NCBI GenBank assembly: GCA_041309145.1
Contig: JBFZAG010000152.1
Span: 1-54,923, forward strand
DNA length: 54,923 bases
Direction: 5' to 3'
Source of the DNA: Candidatus Omnitrophota bacterium
GTDB lineage: Bacteria; Omnitrophota; Gorgyraeia; Gygaellales; Profunditerraquicolaceae
Of this stretch, positions 54,001 to 54,923 are shown in pieces. Below the pieces are notes generated by a model that did no database searches, had not been told where the DNA came from, and saw nothing but the letters and a program-made list of their open reading frames with translations. The number at the start of each line of letters is the position of its first letter. Position 1 is the stretch's first letter. The translations under genes and the position numbers were made by a program.

Positions 54001-54923
54001 ACGGCAATGCCCAGCCCTATGAAGCCAGCCAGCGCATCGCTATCAGGCTGGAACAATTAGCCCAAAGACTGGAGCGCAGCAATTATCCGGGCAGATTCGT
54101 TTTGAAAACAAAATTCCATATCGAAGAGCAGCGCGCTTTGCTGGCCGCCAGCGATATCCAGATCCAGGATTCCGACCGCTACACCGGAGCTTCCGAATAC
54201 ACCGAGGCGGATGTTTCCGCCAATGCCGGGCTGCAGATGGGCGCGCCATTCTGGGAGGGGATCATCCAGCACCAGGGAGCGGTGATCAACCGCCGGCTCC
54301 AGAAAGGAAACACCCTGATCCCGGCAACTTCCGCTCCTCAGTCTTACCTGGATATCATTTTCTGGGCCAACGATGAATTCAAAGCCAACCGTTTAAGCAA
54401 GTATCAGGCCCAATCGATCAGATTCAGCCGGATCCTGGAAGCTTCTCTTACCGCCGGAGAATATTTGCGGCTCTGGAACGCCGCTTTCCATAATAAAAGG
54501 CCTAATTTCACCCGCCCAAGAATTTCCGGAGAGGTCTACAATACCGAGCCAATAGCCCTAACCGCGTATCTGGAAGAAGGAGAGCGGGCTATTGAGAAGG
54601 AGGGCAATACATTCTTTATTAAGGGAAAGGTTGAGGAATTGCGGGAAAATCTGGAATTATCAGTAGCCATAAATCTGGAAACTTTTGATGATGTCTATTC
54701 CGGCATCGGCCGCCGCGGGGTCGTGCCTTTCGAGATGATCAGCGTCAAGCTGGTAAATGAGTATGGGCTGGTTTTGCCTCTTAGCGTCAAGCGGGCCACC
54801 CACAGCAAAGCGGAATATTACCTTATTATCCCCAAAGACCTGGCGCTGCCCTTTGAAGGAAATCTGGAGATAACTTCCGGAGTCTGGAAAGTCGCTTTGC
54901 CAATGAAAATAATCGCCCAAGAG
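3..54923 (+). CDS. Single giant multi-enzyme ORF, partial at both ends (>18,307 codons); mosaic of enzyme-like, membrane and DNA-binding modules separated by a recurrent K/R/Q-D-G-G delimiter
   Basis: Manual translation of + frame 3 runs from nt 3 (ALYFFREGIV...) to nt 54923 (...LPMKIIAQE) without TAA, TAG or TGA. The ORF track lists no + strand ORF in this frame, as expected if the frame never closes inside the window. All recognisable enzyme signatures listed below lie in this one frame. Confidence 0.9.
126..1163 (+). other. Module bounded by DGG sites: polytopic membrane segment, no enzyme motif recognised
   Basis: Long hydrophobic runs: IGLAALFILSLFGISPLGVLFLIPAYATAFILW (144-242), LMTGVLLVGMVLFAGFVPAVSLDMLLSGLLVAVFIGGVAGFSLFACIV (about 294-440), FGLWAVLTAAMGLLSW (840-887) and VVLMFGAISILAVNFAPAGIIQFAVAIAMAGITGIYLGLLIY (966-1091). 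Confidence 0.5.
1600..2060 (+). other. Tentative JAMM/MPN+-like metalloisopeptidase motif set
   Basis: KEIAGLIV (Glu codon 1644-1646, resembling the E-x2-G-x-L element), a beta-strand-like APVARY followed by HSHP (1908-1919), then SIPD (1965-1976). Canonical spacing is H-x-H-x7-S-x2-D. Here 16 residues separate the second His from the Ser, so the call is weak. Confidence 0.3.
2829..2906 (+). repeat. Copy A of conserved 26-aa peptide GALVGGNMAVKEGIHVEAADKKRDGG
   Basis: Codon-by-codon translation. It shares the identical 23-nt string gcgctggtcggcgggaatatgg with copies B and C. It ends in DGG and is preceded by a degenerate KKDGD (D-G-D codons 2811-2819). Confidence 0.85.
2907..3344 (+). other. 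Cupin-fold module, copy 1 (146 aa, bounded by DGG on both sides)
   Basis: EDIHYQRPAPGQHRPRIVLMLVLEGKIKARAY...GNLIMFTQAYYIEYLEDTRMLEIKQGPYPG. It is a clear paralog of 13500-13922 (shared IHY[QH]xPAPGQ..PR, LEGKIK, ILEIKQGP[YF]PG). Confidence 0.5.
3609..5290 (+). other. Membrane-embedded family 2 glycosyltransferase (GT2, processive-synthase-like architecture); catalytic part about 3846-4660
   Basis: TM runs lie before (3609-3775) and after (about 4749-4905 and 5157-5290) a GT-A domain. Motifs: LPSLAIVVPIKD, CIVAIDDDLS, LLLDKDTYIAPG (DxD), RVSEDLDLAMRL (ED) and HRYVYGALQ (in the position of the QxxRW motif). Confidence 0.7.
7020..7700 (+). other. HIT-superfamily (GalT branch) NDP-hexose phosphorylase/nucleotidyltransferase-like domain (GDP-hexose phosphorylase-like)
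   Basis: FCDLCNN (7041-7061), NQFPIFNNHVLLLP, and FFNSYGAGATQGHFHGQ with the H-x-H-x-Q signature at 7317-7331. This resembles the NSxGAxATxNHxHFQ motif of GDP-L-galactose/GDP-D-glucose phosphorylases. Confidence 0.5.
8067..8600 (+). other. DUF218/YdcF-like domain
   Basis: ADILILLGNENLEVLEKAAEV...SEAEVMAKILIAKGVPEEKIKLEARSRNTNENVQYT...DTVIVMQTPLQQRRA. The E-x-R/S-S-R-NT-x-EN signature is typical of DUF218. Confidence 0.5.
8667..9395 (+). other. deoC: Deoxyribose-phosphate aldolase (DeoC) domain
   Basis: LASRIDHTNLKADATEQEITRTCQEAKDHGFALVAIRP..., VKVIFENCYLSDEQK, GADFVKTSTGF (Schiff-base Lys codon 9201-9203), GATAQDVSLM, VKAAAGIRN and GASRIGTSAG. Confidence 0.8.
9426..10020 (+). other. P-loop nucleoside-monophosphate kinase, archaeal-type cytidylate kinase-like
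   Basis: It starts directly after NIDGG with HVLAINGEHGAGKSTLAKELAKITGLPIFSGGAIMRGYAEKRGMSVKAYTEKF (Walker A plus an SGGxxxR-like NMP-binding element). Confidence 0.55.
10230..11090 (+). other. Possible phosphodiester glycosidase (NAGPA/DUF2233)-like domain
   Basis: Weak resemblance only: ISAPTIIKDSKIL..., ALDQGNQLVFYAFSGKSSREGLTLGQIQEYLKAQGIKDAMILCNGSDVSM (compare the GxTLxELAxxLxxLGxxxAxNLDGGGS pattern). Confidence 0.25.
11240..12450 (+). other. Radical SAM domain 1 with Cys-rich C-terminal extension
   Basis: CNFVCWGC (CX3CX2C, 11277-11300), AIIFTGGGEPTMHP and GLRVGLFTNGSLL. C-terminal cysteines occur in KCLACSW and RCPPICACH (about 12213-12430), suggesting a possible auxiliary Fe-S (SPASM/twitch-like) region. 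Confidence 0.75.
12700..13450 (+). other. Zn-ribbon plus class I SAM-dependent methyltransferase
   Basis: CAICGN...VKCAADG is followed by GKVLEIGFASGYVLEEL (motif I, about 13005-13050), FDAVLLYDLLEHVPDP and ILKPGGIVIIRMPN. Confidence 0.7.
13500..13922 (+). other. Cupin-fold module, copy 2 (141 aa, bounded by DGG on both sides)
   Basis: AIHYHTPAPGQSAPRQEILIVLEGKIKGLIYD...GEAIQFTQAHNIEFMEDATILEIKQGPFPG. It is a paralog of 2907-3344. Confidence 0.5.
14040..15050 (+). other. Radical SAM domain 2
   Basis: FPCNNDCRHCT (CX3CX2C, 14100-14123), VIAGNSTEPLLYP and LRLYSNFYYG. Additional C-terminal cysteines occur in FPACHYW, TPCTATAEG and LCPECTRGE. Confidence 0.7.
15280..15880 (+). other. 2H phosphoesterase (LigT/cyclic phosphodiesterase)-like domain, copy 1
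   Basis: Two H-x-[TS]-x motifs: STYHITVF (HITV, 15423-15434) and PFVHMSLARI (HMSL, 15702-15713). Confidence 0.5.
16180..17300 (+). other. PHP (polymerase and histidinol phosphatase) family metallophosphoesterase domain
   Basis: FVDFHVHTFFSDG (HxH, 16191-16199), LKAIGVVDHNT, VIPGIEM, AVLAHP and ILGSDSHYNN. Confidence 0.7.
17436..20020 (+). other. GH94-type glycoside phosphorylase (cellobiose/chitobiose phosphorylase-like) module
   Basis: TRDSAQDIYG (about 18585-18610), DDHLWIILAVVVYIKETGD, LPWMLRADWCDAFN (18945-18968, in the position of the DWND motif), [53 protein letters not shown]. Confidence 0.75.
20037..20135 (+). pseudogene. Internally deleted remnant of a ROK-kinase module (only N-terminal EKI... 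and C-terminal ...FILxxxKAVSxELAxR retained), still in frame
   Basis: EKIDTAFEKGFFILIAGKAVSKELADRKGSNDV aligns with the start (EKINIVF, 28542) and the tail (FAKGLKDESGKDLFILTVRKAVSTELASRG, about 29409-29500) of the intact ROK module. Shared nucleotide strings include ggaaagcggtttcaa. Confidence 0.55.
20136..20213 (+). repeat. Copy B of conserved 26-aa peptide GALVGGNMVIREGIHVEVADKKKDGG
   Basis: Codon-by-codon translation. It shares the identical 23-nt core gcgctggtcggcgggaatatgg with copies A and C. Confidence 0.85.
20260..20900 (+). other. 2H phosphoesterase-like domain, copy 2 (second motif degenerate)
   Basis: NHMHCTIGAIRG (HCTI, 20436-20447) and NRAHVAIGYF (HVAI, 20718-20729, with Ala replacing Ser/Thr). 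Confidence 0.35.
21609..22575 (+). other. ROK/ASKHA sugar kinase-like domain, copy 1
   Basis: GVFLGFDFGGTGIKMAFL, TIRNDGDCGAAQAVF, VTYLGLGSGVAFGQIDEAG...GEAHF and VVVGGGL. Confidence 0.65.
22630..23400 (+). other. HAD-IIB (Cof/sugar-phosphate phosphatase-like) domain, copy 1
   Basis: YLFDVDATVT (DxD, 22644-22652), VVLCSGRPF, FDIVAKDADKYMAIEYL and AAVGDSGTTEGNDF. Confidence 0.65.
23650..24200 (+). other. Pol-beta-superfamily nucleotidyltransferase domain (GlnD/DUF294-like)
   Basis: GLFVYGSNSKGWAVNGSDFDFALV (G-S ... D-x-D signature), followed by a helical region. Confidence 0.45.
24640..24860 (+). repeat. HEAT/leucine-rich-variant-like helical repeats
   Basis: VRHALAQNPRATPKILSSLA / VRLMVARNSRTPMKTITRLL / EVVRKEAAKSL show a periodic pattern. 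Confidence 0.35.
25056..26560 (+). other. GH3 glycoside hydrolase (NagZ/beta-hexosaminidase or beta-glucosidase-like), N- and C-terminal domains
   Basis: LPLLFTINQEGGRLNEF, AWNFAPDADL, RSFGSDP, ATAKHFPTYG (about 25386-25408), ESIMLGHV and GTIVTDGLSMGAL (about 25611-25650). The C-terminal domain has ADIIIVQTYN, VVVVSTGAPYD, GRLPVAIPG. Confidence 0.8.
27280..28420 (+). other. Weak RelA/SpoT-like (alarmone synthetase-type nucleotidyltransferase) resemblance
   Basis: LYAPFAATLGLTALAFRL and VYIPLAYRLGFDSLASKLRNSCF (compare the YAPLAxRLG element), NDYIGLRI and YFELQIYEESTFVFSKAEYG (compare the EVQIRTxxMHxxAExG element). Motif spacing is imperfect. Confidence 0.2.
28542..29500 (+). other. ROK family sugar kinase module, copy 2 (starts directly after KDGG)
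   Basis: EKINIVFSMGGTKLAIAAVD, GIAFAGPVD, QITNDCISALLGE, MVFIIGTGVNGAAAKNGKVHLG...ELGHN. Confidence 0.75.
29604..29681 (+). repeat. Copy C of conserved 26-aa peptide GALVGGNMVVKEGVHVEVAEKKKDGG, inside a 29-aa unit (29595-29681) flanked by DGG on both sides
   Basis: Codon-by-codon translation: SQDGG|KKFGALVGGNMVVKEGVHVEVAEKKKDGG|DIAK. It has the same 23-nt core as copies A and B. Confidence 0.85.
29780..30990 (+). other. Tandem SIS (sugar isomerase/sugar-phosphate binding) domains
   Basis: SIS 1: NIYFIAAGRSGQAG...GDLVIVISGSGSTPSV...ADIVAITAKP. SIS 2: KVYISGDGISHKIALMF...DDVAIIIGAYTRED...GAKTIIIAG. Confidence 0.7.
31090..31450 (+). other. Small HExxH (zincin-like) putative metallopeptidase segment
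   Basis: GELTLFVNPNICRAPPEQRKVILRHELFHLLDPEKSE, with HELFH at 31281-31295. No further metzincin or gluzincin element was recognised by eye. Confidence 0.3.
31560..31800 (+). other. Transmembrane cluster in DGG-bounded module 31467-32147
   Basis: ILNAIITLVNILILSAEIYVSAFIISFLAGTVFGPSFAFFDFFVSGIAALAIASFVVLAGSV. Confidence 0.5.
33355..33840 (+). other. Transmembrane cluster at the start of DGG-bounded module 33249-35402 (remainder unassigned)
   Basis: ILCPIGITAILLVTLGKSIGYVPAFLVALAYVGSVFARAAV, LEGLFIFTLINGLILWTCL, FTIWAIQLPANVILGAFY and IGSAFFMQIFYNYLFTFL. Confidence 0.45.
35403..36890 (+). other. Module of repeated winged-helix / HTH DNA-binding-like domains
   Basis: VKMGIYKVLEALPGKKLTRLEIEKATGLKTGVVKKELRRLRKAGIVAQDKKGRDFQYGLS; ISRAEVARMLRDENKINRN; KSYSKTAQAFKEKGKIIDRNTISRII; AKVYLAFLLKAEGKNAREIAAAQEAPIKRVTNNYFLILAKAGLIEHKKPGFYKVTLEG; LKLLRVLALLAEKVAIANIAQKLGMEQSALKKEYLRFLDREAGLIMLS. 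Confidence 0.5.
36909..37500 (+). other. coaE: Dephospho-CoA kinase (CoaE)-like module (204 aa between DGG sites)
   Basis: It starts directly after QDGG with IKIIGLAGIVGSGKTEVAARL...EIIEMDKVGDQA (compare the CoaE N-terminal pattern xxIGLTGGIGSGKS...DADxxA). VVIEAAVL and EVWLVEA follow. Confidence 0.7.
37521..39080 (+). other. gpmI: 2,3-bisphosphoglycerate-independent phosphoglycerate mutase (iPGM) module, with its own Met directly after KDGG
   Basis: MIRPVALIILDGWGYKEDGSDNAI..., LPDAEMGNSEVGHLNIGAGR (catalytic Ser codon 37701-37703), FMGLISNAVVHSD, ALTDGRDSP, RYYAMDRDNRWDR, FNFRADRAREI, ETEKFAHVTFFFNGG, NYANPDMVGHTG, MADHGNAE and APTVLEIMGL. Confidence 0.9.
40300..40900 (+). other. Possible isoprenoid-synthase-fold segment (weak)
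   Basis: FMQMADDLKDF (DDxxD, 40824-40838), with an upstream degenerate Asp-rich element MVKIGDNLLD. There is no other support. Confidence 0.2.
41235..41820 (+). other. Transmembrane cluster at the start of DGG-bounded module 41196-43412
   Basis: WIPFFIFVGPLSLMGIPCLLLLGSIAPVYLAFVYLAFIPASLVISNVIVARF, VMFAASIIYADATFVWLGVLLLAPQFALPAFIVYHAMSVFFFVRMLLGV and ILSIGGLLSGILFIPAEIAVDLLI. Confidence 0.5.
42225..42790 (+). other. HAD-IA hydrolase (phosphatase) domain, followed by another TM pair at about 42966-43118
   Basis: IKVIIFDLDKTLY (DxD, 42246-42254), LAVLTNNYK, GQEKPHPEAF, VVMVGDELEQDIKAAQRMGINAILV. The following TM pair reads ATAMLLGNIFGMMLVGGIFWALDLPLSMGVLTGAILGYGLARFAPFINLYL. Confidence 0.75.
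46030..47480 (+). other. GH13 alpha-amylase-family catalytic domain
   Basis: All four GH13 conserved regions are in order: GILVDIIPHVN (His codon 46272-46274), GVRIDVAHNF (nucleophile Asp codon 46509-46511), LFIGENYG (Glu codon 46719-46721), LETHDY (His-Asp codons 46905-46910). Confidence 0.75.
47880..49540 (+). other. glgA: GT5 glycogen/starch synthase-like domain, copy 1
   Basis: IGVVVSVSSEAAPVSKAGGMANVVGE (compare the GlgA pattern SEaaPfaKtGGLaDV), IVIGNDWMCAPL, WVHNNG, ITNGVD, VSRITEQKG and WEPGGISPMEALAFGVPCFVSDKQGLKSTV. Confidence 0.8.
49620..51350 (+). other. GT5 glycogen/starch synthase-like domain, copy 2 (tandem paralog of copy 1)
   Basis: IVIVSPAAQPISSVGGMDRVVKDIA, IIVGNDWMCGPM, WVHNAG, IENGI, VCRITGQKN and WEPGGIAVKEALAAGNVCLVSDVGGHKSSV. 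It is collinear with copy 1 over its whole length. Confidence 0.75.
51405..52190 (+). other. HAD-IIB sugar-phosphate phosphatase-like module, copy 2
   Basis: WLLVFDFDGTMTD (DxD, 51423-51431), RIAILSGRAPNF, IDIGLTAKGLAL and FIAGDSGNDLDML. Confidence 0.7.
52863..54490 (+). other. GT35 alpha-glucan phosphorylase-like GT-B domain (divergent)
   Basis: The order of elements matches bacterial/archaeal alpha-glucan phosphorylases: AAEISLLAGGLGRV, VDANDGQALPL, CGTTHTYRNRV, AKGVSAIHAYEM, FGLTNGDNRLY, VISYSGRLVPEKA, VIIYGNAQPYE, ASDIQIQDS..TGASEYTEADVSANAGLQMG. The usual EASGTSGMK (PLP-Lys) string is not evident. Confidence 0.45.

Noticed and set aside
3-54923. Stop-codon reassignment (alternative genetic code) as the reason for the missing stops
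   Set aside because: It is not needed. Frame 3 lacks all three stop codons entirely, while TAA, TAG and TGA are all frequent in the other frames, which is the normal pattern for a genuine coding frame under the standard code.
3-54923. NRPS/PKS-type megasynthase
   Set aside because: I recognised no condensation, adenylation, carrier, ketosynthase or acyltransferase motifs. The modules are primary-metabolism and carbohydrate-active enzyme families rather than assembly-line domains.
3-54923. Metagenomic assembly chimera that stitches unrelated genes together
   Set aside because: This seems unlikely, since about 39 junctions all preserve one frame and use the same delimiter, and paralogous modules recur. 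It cannot be excluded without read-level evidence, so I list read mapping as a check.
1-54923. tRNA, rRNA, IS element, integron or prophage features, and promoters or terminators
   Set aside because: I saw no non-coding gaps, inverted-repeat termini, transposase or integrase motifs, or structured-RNA-like segments. The whole window is occupied by the single coding frame.

Overview
The whole 54,923-nt window appears to be the interior of one giant protein-coding gene on the + strand. Frame 3 (codons starting at positions divisible by 3) has no stop codon from nt 3 to nt 54923, which is more than 18,307 codons, and it is open at both ends. The supplied ORF track has no + strand entry in this frame. 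All listed ORFs lie in the other five frames, and I read them as out-of-frame or antisense shadow ORFs. My manual translation shows at least 35 modules that are normally separate genes. They include GT2, GH94, GH3, GH13, two GT5 glycogen-synthase-like modules, a GT35-like module, two ROK kinases plus a decayed third copy, three HAD phosphatases, a double SIS domain, iPGM, CoaE, a Cmk-like kinase, DeoC, a HIT-type NDP-hexose phosphorylase-like domain, DUF218, PHP, two radical SAM domains, a SAM methyltransferase, two cupins and two 2H-phosphoesterase-like domains. Winged-helix DNA-binding repeats and several transmembrane clusters are interspersed among them. The most striking feature is a short in-frame delimiter, [K/R/Q]-D-G-G, which I counted at least 39 times. 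It is often encoded by the identical 11-mer AAAGACGGCGG and sits at the junctions between modules. My main hypothesis is a prokaryotic polyprotein, effectively an operon fused into one ORF, that is processed at diglycine sites. A tentative JAMM/MPN+-like motif and an HExxH motif inside the same ORF are candidate processing proteases. A conserved 26-aa peptide ending in DGG occurs three times. I saw no rRNA, tRNA, CRISPR array, mobile element, promoter or terminator. Taxonomic origin cannot be determined from this window. All domain calls come from motif reading by eye and need HMM or structure-based confirmation.
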